DNA from: Candidatus Dormiibacterota bacterium
GTDB taxonomy: Bacteria; Chloroflexota; Dormibacteria; Aeolococcales; Aeolococcaceae
Reading direction: 5' to 3'
Length of the DNA stretch: 64,000 bases
Assembly (NCBI GenBank): GCA_963718525.1
Contig: OY970355.1
Location: 2,624,001 to 2,688,000 of the forward strand
Positions within the stretch are counted from its first letter, which is position 1, and each line of letters begins with the position of its first letter. The position numbers were made by a program, and so were the translations under genes. Under the pieces are notes generated by a model that did not search any database, was not told the origin of the DNA, and saw only the letters and a list, made by a program, of their open reading frames with translations. Positions 57,085 through 64,000 of this stretch are shown here, in pieces.

Positions 57085-58533
57085 TCACTTGAGCTGAAAT
57101 TCGGGGCTGGCGAGCAGCGCGTACCACCTGTCGGCATCGCTCATGCTCGCGTTGAAGACCGCGGCGGTATCGGGGCCCACGACACCATCGAGCTGGGTGT
57201 GGACCGCGGCGATCGGATCAGGAAGGCTGTTCTGGCCGGCCACGGCGCCGGCCGCGAAGTTGAGCCGAGCCAGCCACGCTCCAGACGAAACCCATCCCTG
57301 GTTGGAGGGCCAGCCGGCCACCGTTGGCATGTCGTAGAGGATCTGGTCCATACCCGCGCCCGACTGAACGCCCGTGGCTGCAAGGGCGGGACGGTTGAGC
57401 GCCCGCATGGTGGCGACCATGAACTCCGCCGGACCGCGCACGAGGGAGCGGAACGCGCTCGGCGTCGTGAACGCCTCATCGGTGAACACGGCGCGCATCA
57501 ACGTCTTGATGTCGTAGTTGCTGCTCTTGAATTGTGTCGCGACGCTGTTGATGAGCTGGGCCGATGGATCGGGGGTGCAGAACTGCACCAGCGCACTGCG
57601 CGCGATGTGGGGCGCGCACGCAGGTTGCGACAGGATGATGTCGAGCGCCTGCCCAGGATCCAGGTTCCCGGTGTGGCCGAGAAACGTCTTCACGCCCGCG
57701 TCGTGCTGATTGGCTGCCAGGATGCCCTTGAACGTCGCGCCCTGGGCGATGAGCTGGTCCAGCGCCTGCGCGTACGCCGCCGGCGTCGAACCCTTGATTC
57801 GCGGCGCCTCGATCCGCCTGCCGCTCGCATCGATAAGGACCGTGCGGATCCCCGAGAACGCGCGCGCCCCCTCGCGGACATCGGTCTCGGTGTAGTTGCC
57901 GACGCCGAGCGTGAAGAGCTCCATGAGCTCACGGCTGTAGTTCTCGTTGGGGGCCGCGGCCGTGCTCTCCTCGAGGTCGAGGTAGCGGATCATCAGCGGG
58001 TCAAACGTGACCGCGTTGATGAGGGTGCGGAAGTCGCTCTGTCCGCTGGTCCGGTAGAGCTCGTTCTGCTGCAGTACCAAGGGAAGACGCGCAGCCTTCC
58101 GATAGTCGCTCGTGAGCAGCCCGTGCCAGAAGAGGGTCATCCGTTCGGGGAACTGCCCCGTCGTGGTCGCCATGTGCTCGTACCAGGCGCGGACAACAGC
58201 CTGATAGCTCGTCGGGTCGGCGACCTGGGGCAGTGGCTGCGGCTCCTGATTCACCACCATGTCGACCAGGTCCGTGTAGGACATCGAGGCCGCGGCATCA
58301 AGCTCCGCTGCCGTGTAGCCGAAGGTCGCCCTGCGGAGGAGGTGCGCGGCGAGGCCCCCCGGCGTTCCCAGGGGGCTCGTCCAGGCACCGCTCGCACCCG
58401 CCTCGGAAGCGACGGCTGGCGACCCGCCCGGAAGCTGCATCGTGAGGTAGCGGAAGCCCACCGCCCCGGCCATTCCTCCGGCGGCGATGCCGAGCACCTG
58501 GCGCCGGCTGAGCTTGGGGTTCGCACCACGCAT
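57085..58533 (-). CDS. DUF1800 family protein with Tat signal
   Basis: SRRQVL; HLLRRATFG, ERMTLFWH, PNENYSRELMELFTLG, SPEFQL. Confidence 0.9.
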   Translation of the reverse strand: MRGANPKLSRRQVLGIAAGGMAGAVGFRYLTMQLPGGSPAVASEAGASGAWTSPLGTPGGLAAHLLRRATFGYTAAELDAAASMSYTDLVDMVVNQEPQPLPQVADPTSYQAVVRAWYEHMATTTGQFPERMTLFWHGLLTSDYRKAARLPLVLQQNELYRTSGQSDFRTLINAVTFDPLMIRYLDLEESTAAAPNENYSRELMELFTLGVGNYTETDVREGARAFSGIRTVLIDASGRRIEAPRIKGSTPAAYAQALDQLIAQGATFKGILAANQHDAGVKTFLGHTGNLDPGQALDIILSQPACAPHIARSALVQFCTPDPSAQLINSVATQFKSSNYDIKTLMRAVFTDEAFTTPSAFRSLVRGPAEFMVATMRALNRPALAATGVQSGAGMDQILYDMPTVAGWPSNQGWVSSGAWLARLNFAAGAVAGQNSLPDPIAAVHTQLDGVVGPDTAAVFNASMSDADRWYALLASPEFQLK

Positions 58534-58594
58534 GCCGGGCAGTTTCGGCAGCCCATCTGAGAATTACCCAGGGCTCACGTGCCTCCGAGGCATG

Positions 58595-58611
58595 TCTCAG
58601 CCAACTCTCAG
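58595..58611 (+). promoter_or_regulatory. TCTCAG-N5-TCTCAG direct repeat (MprA-box-like) in the DUF1800/SCP2 divergent intergenic region
   Basis: TCTCAG-CCAAC-TCTCAG; extra half-site on minus strand at 58557-58562. Confidence 0.6.
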
Positions 58612-58724
58612 CGCCGGATAGCTGACGCGAGCGCGTCGTCCGGCGCCTCCCCACACTCGGTAGACTGGAATCGAGCTGGCACGTCGCCCGCTGCATGCAC
58701 GTCAGTTTTCAAGGAGCACCCACG

Positions 58725-59051
58725 ATGCCGTCCACTCCGGCCGAAATCTTCAGCGAGATCAATTCCCGCATTGCCGCCGATCCCGCCAAAACTGCTGGGA
58801 TGAACGCCGTCTACGCCTTCGAGCTGAACGGCGAGTCGCCCGGGCAGTATCACATCGCGCTCAAGGACGGCAGCGCCGACGTCGGTGAGGGTTCGCCGGA
58901 GAACCCCAACATCACGATCACGATGAAGTCAGAGGATTTCGTCGACCTCGCCACCGGCAAGCTCGACGGGACGATGGCGTTCATGAGCGGCAAGATCAAG
59001 ATCAAGGGCGACATGGGCCTCGCCATGAAGCTGCAATCGGTGCTCCGCTAG
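58725..59051 (+). CDS. SCP2 sterol-binding domain protein
   Basis: AFMSGKIKIKGDMGLAMKL; SD AAGGAG. Confidence 0.92.
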   Translation: MPSTPAEIFSEINSRIAADPAKTAGMNAVYAFELNGESPGQYHIALKDGSADVGEGSPENPNITITMKSEDFVDLATGKLDGTMAFMSGKIKIKGDMGLAMKLQSVLR

Positions 59052-59069
59052 GCGCCACCGGTAGCGCCG

Positions 59070-59387
59070 GTGTCCATCGATCTTCGGCCCGTGCGCTTCG
59101 ACTACGACGAGCAGCATCGGGCGCTGCTCATCGAGTGGTCGGACGGCGCCGCCCATCACATCCCCTTCGATGTGCTCCGCCGAGCCTGCCCGTGCGCAGC
59201 GTGCAAAGGCGAGCCTGGATATCGCGGCCGGTTCAGTTCGGACCCGCTGCTCCGCCCCGGTGAGGACGAGCTCGCGGATATCTCGTTGGTTGGGGCGTAC
59301 GGCCTGAACACGGTCTGGGCCGACGGCCACAACACCGGGATCTACACGTACCAGCGGCTCCGCGAGCTCGGCGCCGCATCAGCGTAG
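59070..59387 (+). CDS. DUF971/GBBH-like N-terminal Zn-binding domain protein
   Basis: WSDG, LRRACPCAAC, VGAYG, W.DGH.TGIY. Confidence 0.88.
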   Translation: MSIDLRPVRFDYDEQHRALLIEWSDGAAHHIPFDVLRRACPCAACKGEPGYRGRFSSDPLLRPGEDELADISLVGAYGLNTVWADGHNTGIYTYQRLRELGAASA

Positions 59388-59399
59388 AGTTCGGCGCGA

Positions 59400-60200
59400 A
59401 TGACCGCTGAGGCGACCCCGGCGACCGCTCCCCAACTTCTCCAGTCCGTCATCGACGGCGTCCTCACGCTCACGCTCAACCGGCCCGAGGTGCTCAATGC
59501 GATCACCCCGGCACTGCTCGATGCGGTCACAGTCGCTCTTCGCGACGCGGCAGCGGGCCGAAGCGTCGGGGCCGTGATCATCACCGGTTCCGGGAGGGGC
59601 TTCTGCAGTGGTCAGGACCTTCGTGCGGCGGCGAGCGACCAGGGCCTCGACGTGGGCGCGGTGCTGCGTGATCACTATGCGCCGGCGATCCGTGCAATTC
59701 GGGCGATGGACCAGCCGGTGATCGCCGCCGTCAACGGCGTTGCGGCAGGTGCAGGCTTCTCGCTCGCCCTCGCGTGCGACATGCGCGTCGCCGCCGAGTT
59801 GGCGACGTTCGTTCAGGCATTCGTGCGCATCGGGCTCATCCCCGACCTCGCGAGCACGTACTTTCTGCCGAGGCTCATCGGCCCGGCGCGCGCTGCCGAG
59901 CTCACCATGCTCGGCGAAACGGTGGATGCCGCACGAGCGCTGGAGCTGGGCATCGTCAACCGGGTCGTCCCCGACTCAGAGCTTGCATCGGTCGCCGCCG
60001 AGCTCGGCAGCCGGCTTGCGAACGGACCTCGCTCGATTGGGCTCACCAAACGCGCGCTCGAGCTGTCGCATGAGAACGATCTGGAGGCGCAGCTGGCCGT
60101 CGAGGAGCGCCTCCAGATCGAGGCCACGACCACCGGCGATTTCGCCGAAGGGCTCCGCGCCTTCCTCGAAAAGCGTCCAGCCACGTTCACCGGCTCGTAG
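59400..60200 (+). CDS. Enoyl-CoA hydratase/isomerase (PaaG-like)
   Basis: LNRP..LNA, FCSGQDL, NGVAAGAG, GLIPD, EKR. Confidence 0.9.
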   Translation: MTAEATPATAPQLLQSVIDGVLTLTLNRPEVLNAITPALLDAVTVALRDAAAGRSVGAVIITGSGRGFCSGQDLRAAASDQGLDVGAVLRDHYAPAIRAIRAMDQPVIAAVNGVAAGAGFSLALACDMRVAAELATFVQAFVRIGLIPDLASTYFLPRLIGPARAAELTMLGETVDAARALELGIVNRVVPDSELASVAAELGSRLANGPRSIGLTKRALELSHENDLEAQLAVEERLQIEATTTGDFAEGLRAFLEKRPATFTGS

Positions 60201-60210
60201 CAGCCTGCGC

Positions 60211-61614
60211 ATGCTCGGTGCCGTCGACAGGCTCACGGCGCTGCTCGGGCCCGCGAGGGTCCTGACCGGCGCCGACGTCAGTGAGGACGACTGGCATGAC
60301 GAGTCACTGGTGGCCCATTGGCATGCCCCGGACGTTGTGGTCCTCCCCCACTCCGCCGCTGAGGTGGCCGAGGTCATCATCATCGCGCGGGAGTACGCAA
60401 TGCCGGTCACTGCTCGCGGCTCCGGCACGGGGCTCGCCGGTGCCTGCGTCCCCCGTGCGGGCGGGATCCTCATCGCATTTCGTGAGATGAGCGCCATCGT
60501 CGAGATCGACGTCGACAACCAGGTTGCGGTCGTCCAGCCGGGTGCGAGCCTTCGCGAACTCGACGAGGTTGCGGCTCGGCACGGTCTGATCTACCCGGTC
60601 TACCCCGGTGAGAGCAGTGCCAGCCTGGGTGGTACCGTCGCGACCAACGCGGGCGGGATGCGCGCGGTCAAATATGGAGTGACGCGCCACCAAGTGCTTG
60701 GCCTCGAGGCGGTGCTCGGGACCGGCGAGGTCATCCGCACCGGTGGCAAGTTCGTCAAGGCGACGTCCGGGTACGACCTGACTCAGCTGATCGTCGGTTC
60801 CGAGGGAACGCTGGCGGTGGTCACTGAGGCGACCGTGCGTCTGTACCCGCGTCAGCCGCACGCGGCAACGATTCTGGCGCCGTTCACCTCGGTGGCGGAG
60901 ATCGCGAAGGCGGTCCCTCGCATCGTCCAGAGTGGCCTCGCGCCGATGATCCTCGAGTACATCGACACGATGTCGATGGCGGCGATCACCGCTGCACGTG
61001 GGCTGGACCTGGGGATCGGAGCGGCCATCAAAGACGCTGCGCTCGCGTACCTGGTCGTCGTCCTGGAATCGCGCGACCAGGGTCGGCTCGACGAGGATAT
61101 CGAGCGGCTCGGCGATCTGATCACGACACTCGGCGCGCTCGACGTCTTCGTGCTCCCGCCGCGCGCGGCATCGGACCTGATCGAGGCGCGCGAGCGTGCG
61201 TTCTTCGCCGCCAAGGCCGCCGGTGCCAACGAGATCATCGACACGGTCGTCCCCCGTGCGCAGATCCCCGAGTTTCTGGCACAGGTGTCCATAGTTGCGG
61301 AGGCGAGCGGGTCGATGGTGATTGGTTGCGGACATGCGGGCGACGGCAACGTGCACCTGTCTGTGTTTCAGTCCGACCCCGAACGCCTCGAGCAGATGCT
61401 GCGCAGCGTCTTCGCCGCGGGCGCCGCACTGGGCGGCGCCGTCTCGGGCGAGCATGGCATCGGCACCGACAAACGCAGTCACTTCCTGGCTCTCGAGGAT
61501 CAGGCGAAGCTCGCGCTCATGCGGCGGATCAAAATGGCGTTCGATCCCGATGGAATCCTCAATCCTGGAGCCATGTTCGAGCCGCCATCGGCGTTGACGG
61601 CGAGCGCCCGATGA
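60211..61614 (+). CDS. FAD-linked oxidase (GlcD/D-lactate dehydrogenase-like)
   Basis: RGSGTG, NAGG, GSEGTL, GHAGDGNVH, SGEHGIG, DP.GILNPG. Confidence 0.92.
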   Translation: MLGAVDRLTALLGPARVLTGADVSEDDWHDESLVAHWHAPDVVVLPHSAAEVAEVIIIAREYAMPVTARGSGTGLAGACVPRAGGILIAFREMSAIVEIDVDNQVAVVQPGASLRELDEVAARHGLIYPVYPGESSASLGGTVATNAGGMRAVKYGVTRHQVLGLEAVLGTGEVIRTGGKFVKATSGYDLTQLIVGSEGTLAVVTEATVRLYPRQPHAATILAPFTSVAEIAKAVPRIVQSGLAPMILEYIDTMSMAAITAARGLDLGIGAAIKDAALAYLVVVLESRDQGRLDEDIERLGDLITTLGALDVFVLPPRAASDLIEARERAFFAAKAAGANEIIDTVVPRAQIPEFLAQVSIVAEASGSMVIGCGHAGDGNVHLSVFQSDPERLEQMLRSVFAAGAALGGAVSGEHGIGTDKRSHFLALEDQAKLALMRRIKMAFDPDGILNPGAMFEPPSALTASAR

Positions 61615-63164
61615 TCGGCGGCGAGGCGGTGCTCCGCACGCTCGTCGCGTCGGGCGTGGACGTTGTGTTCGCCAACCCCGGTACGTCGGAGATGCACTTT
61701 GTCGCGAGCCTCGACGCGGTGCCGGAGATGCATGGAGTGCTCGCCCTCTTCGAGGGAGCCGCCACCGGCGCCGCCGACGGGTACGCACGCATGCGCGACA
61801 CGCCTGCTGCCGCCCTCCTGCACCTCGGCCCCGGCCTTGGTAACGGCCTCGCCAACCTTCACAACGCACGTCGCGCGCGCTCGCCTGTCGTGGTGATCGT
61901 CGGTGATCATGCGACGTACCACAAGCCGTACGACGCCCCGCTCGAGTCCGACATCGACACCGTGGCGAGGAACGTGTCGACGTGGATTCGGCGGAGCACG
62001 CGTCCGGAGGATGCCGGCGCCGACGCGGCTGCCGCGGTTGCCGCTGCGTTCGGCCCGCCAGGGCAGGTGACGACGCTGATCCTCCCGGCGGACGTCTCAT
62101 GGTCGGACGGCGGATCGGTGGCGGCGCCGTTGGAGCGGGCTGCCCGCGCGCCGGTGCGGGCGTCGGTCCTCGAGGAGGCTGTCGCGGCGCTGCGCTCCGG
62201 CGACGGTGTTGCCTTGCTGCTCGGCGGGAGCGCGCTTCGCGACGCGGGGGTCCGCGCCGCGACGCGGATCGGGAACGCCGCCGGGGCCAGCGTGCTTGCG
62301 GAGACATTCCCGGCACGTGTCGAGCGCGGCGCCGGGGTTCCGGTCATCCCGCGCCTCGCGTACCTGGCCGAGATGGCCGCGGGGCAGCTCGAGGGGTTTC
62401 GCCACCTGATCCTCGTGGACACCAAGTCACCGGTGTCGTTCTTCGCGTACCCGGGAAAGCCGAGCGACCTCGTGCCGGAGGGCTGCAACGTCCTGGTGCT
62501 CGCTGCAGGCGGCGACGATGCCGTGGGGGCGCTGGAGTTGCTCGCGACTGAGCTCCGCGCCGAGCCTGATCTCGCGGTGCGCGACGCGCCGCGACCCGAG
62601 AAACCCACCGGCGAGCTGAGCGCCAACTCGATCGCCCGAGCCATCGGCGCGTTGCTTCCGGAGGCCGCGATCGTCTCCGACGAGGCCAACACCAGCGGCA
62701 CCTTCCTTCCCAGCTACACCGCGGGCGCTCGTCGTCATGACTGGCTCACCCTCACGGGCGGATCGATCGGCCAGGGTCTGCCGGTTGCGCTCGGCGCCGC
62801 TGTTGCGTGTCCCGATCGACCCGTGCTCGCCCTCGAGGCGGACGGCTCGGCGCTCTATACGCTGCAGGCACTCTGGTCGATGGCTCGAGAGGAGCTCGAT
62901 GTCACCACGGTGATCTTCACCAACCGCCGGTACGCGATCCTGCGCATGGAGCTCGCTCGCGTCGGTGCCACTGCATCCGGTGCGCGCGCGCTCCAGATGC
63001 TCGACATCGCGCCCCCGGACATCGATTTCGTCGCGCTGGCCCGCGGCTTTGGGGTGCCTGCCACCCGGCCGGAGACTGCCGATGGATTCGCCGCGGACCT
63101 TGAGCGCGCGTTCGCCGAACCCGGTCCGCACCTCATCGAGGCAGTGATCCCCTCACTGTTCTGA
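61611..63164 (+). CDS. ThDP-dependent enzyme (acetolactate synthase large subunit-like)
   Basis: FANPGTSE, HLGPG, ADGS...N ThDP-binding motif. Confidence 0.9.
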   Translation: MIGGEAVLRTLVASGVDVVFANPGTSEMHFVASLDAVPEMHGVLALFEGAATGAADGYARMRDTPAAALLHLGPGLGNGLANLHNARRARSPVVVIVGDHATYHKPYDAPLESDIDTVARNVSTWIRRSTRPEDAGADAAAAVAAAFGPPGQVTTLILPADVSWSDGGSVAAPLERAARAPVRASVLEEAVAALRSGDGVALLLGGSALRDAGVRAATRIGNAAGASVLAETFPARVERGAGVPVIPRLAYLAEMAAGQLEGFRHLILVDTKSPVSFFAYPGKPSDLVPEGCNVLVLAAGGDDAVGALELLATELRAEPDLAVRDAPRPEKPTGELSANSIARAIGALLPEAAIVSDEANTSGTFLPSYTAGARRHDWLTLTGGSIGQGLPVALGAAVACPDRPVLALEADGSALYTLQALWSMAREELDVTTVIFTNRRYAILRMELARVGATASGARALQMLDIAPPDIDFVALARGFGVPATRPETADGFAADLERAFAEPGPHLIEAVIPSLF

Positions 63165-63779
63165 TCAGCGAGGCAGTCGCTCGCCCGCTCGGATCGGCAC
63201 CGTGAGCCAGTTCTCACGCGGCGGCAAAGGACAGCTCCACTGGGGGTCATAGCTGCACGACGGTTGATACGAGAAGTTGAAATCGACGACGACACGACCG
63301 GTGCCGTCGGTGCCCAGGTCCGCTCCTTTCGCGGTGTCGAGGACGTACCGGCCGGCTCCATAGGTCTCGTCTCCCGATGTTGCGTCGCGAAACGAGAGGA
63401 AGAATCCGCCCGCGTAGTCGAGCAGCCAGAACATCGACAGGCTGATCGGCGTCCCGCCCAGCGAGAAACGCGCAGTGCCTGCACGTTCTGCCGTGACATG
63501 CCCCGACGTCGATCCCGGGAGTTCAAAGGTGGCGCCGTCGCCCGCATCGACGTCAGCGGCTGTGCGCAGTGCCGGGTCGTAGTCGAAGTACGCGGGCGCC
63601 GTGGCGTCGCCGCGCTCGATCGTCGGCACCGGGCTTTGCGGATGCGATCGGTAGAGCCGGTCGCGGACCTCGCGCCAGCGCATCCAGGCCGAGATGGGAT
63701 CGACGTCGGCGCGGATCGCCGCGTAGAGCTCGCTCATCTGCCGGCGCCAGTCGGCCAGCTCGAGCCGTTCGGCAATCAC
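63165..63779 (-). CDS. DUF1684 domain protein
   Basis: H.QSP, FRDATSG..TYGAGRY, DFN..Y.PSC.Y...WSCP. Confidence 0.88.
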   Translation of the reverse strand: MIAERLELADWRRQMSELYAAIRADVDPISAWMRWREVRDRLYRSHPQSPVPTIERGDATAPAYFDYDPALRTAADVDAGDGATFELPGSTSGHVTAERAGTARFSLGGTPISLSMFWLLDYAGGFFLSFRDATSGDETYGAGRYVLDTAKGADLGTDGTGRVVVDFNFSYQPSCSYDPQWSCPLPPRENWLTVPIRAGERLPR

Positions 63780-63829
63780 GTCTGTCCACCTGCGAGGTCG
63801 TCAGCCAAGGCGGCGAATGTACCTCGCGA

Positions 63830-64000
63830 TCATGGGCCGTCGCCGTAGACGACTCCTCCGCGAAGCTCGTCCATGCGGCGCATCCGCACATGAGCGGTTT
63901 CGCCAAGCTTGGTGAGCACGCCGGCGATCAACGCCTCGGTGAGCGCGACCGCCGAGACCAGTGAATCGAACGGCGTCACCGTCGTCTGGACTCCGGTGAC
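63830..64000 (-). CDS. C-terminal fragment of probable MurR/RpiR (SIS-domain) regulator
   Basis: Own translation ...PFDSLVSAVALTEALIAGV...; runs off window edge. Confidence 0.5.
   Translation of the reverse strand, partial: VTGVQTTVTPFDSLVSAVALTEALIAGVLTKLGETAHVRMRRMDELRGGVVYGDGP

Noticed and set aside
1-64000. Many long alternative-frame and antisense ORFs (e.g. 60304..62316 -, 56905..58560 +, 28458..29942 +, 46928..48364 -)
   Set aside because: Shadow ORFs expected from high GC content; they overlap well-supported genes or tRNAs and lack protein motifs

Overview
GC-rich bacterial chromosomal window, densely coding, with no CRISPR array, rRNA or recognisable transposase/integrase. Gene style and content resemble a Terrabacteria soil lineage such as Ca. 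Dormibacterota/Chloroflexota or an actinobacterium-like genome (inference only). Housekeeping blocks: acyP-aminotransferase-trpEGCFBA-aroA (no trpD), a sulfonate-type ABC transporter, trxB, hemACDB-ppi-hemL-tatAC, rph-rdgB, murI/polyprenyl synthase, rarA, NfeD-SPFH, tRNA-Leu(TAA) and tRNA-Cys(GCA). Accessory blocks: an ECF sigma/Rieske pair followed by a Tat-protein/DUF4331 operon, a polyamine-type catabolic cluster, a microprotein/sRNA-rich patch beside tRNA-Leu, and a Tat-exported DUF1800-DUF1501-X-ApbE-ferric-reductase-like operon. Most notable signal: a perfect TCTCAG-N5-TCTCAG (MprA-type) direct repeat lies both at the DUF1800 operon promoter region and just upstream of tatAC, suggesting a co-regulated extracytoplasmic flavin-redox/Tat system. 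Many genes appear leaderless. Family assignments come from motif recognition by eye, not database searches.
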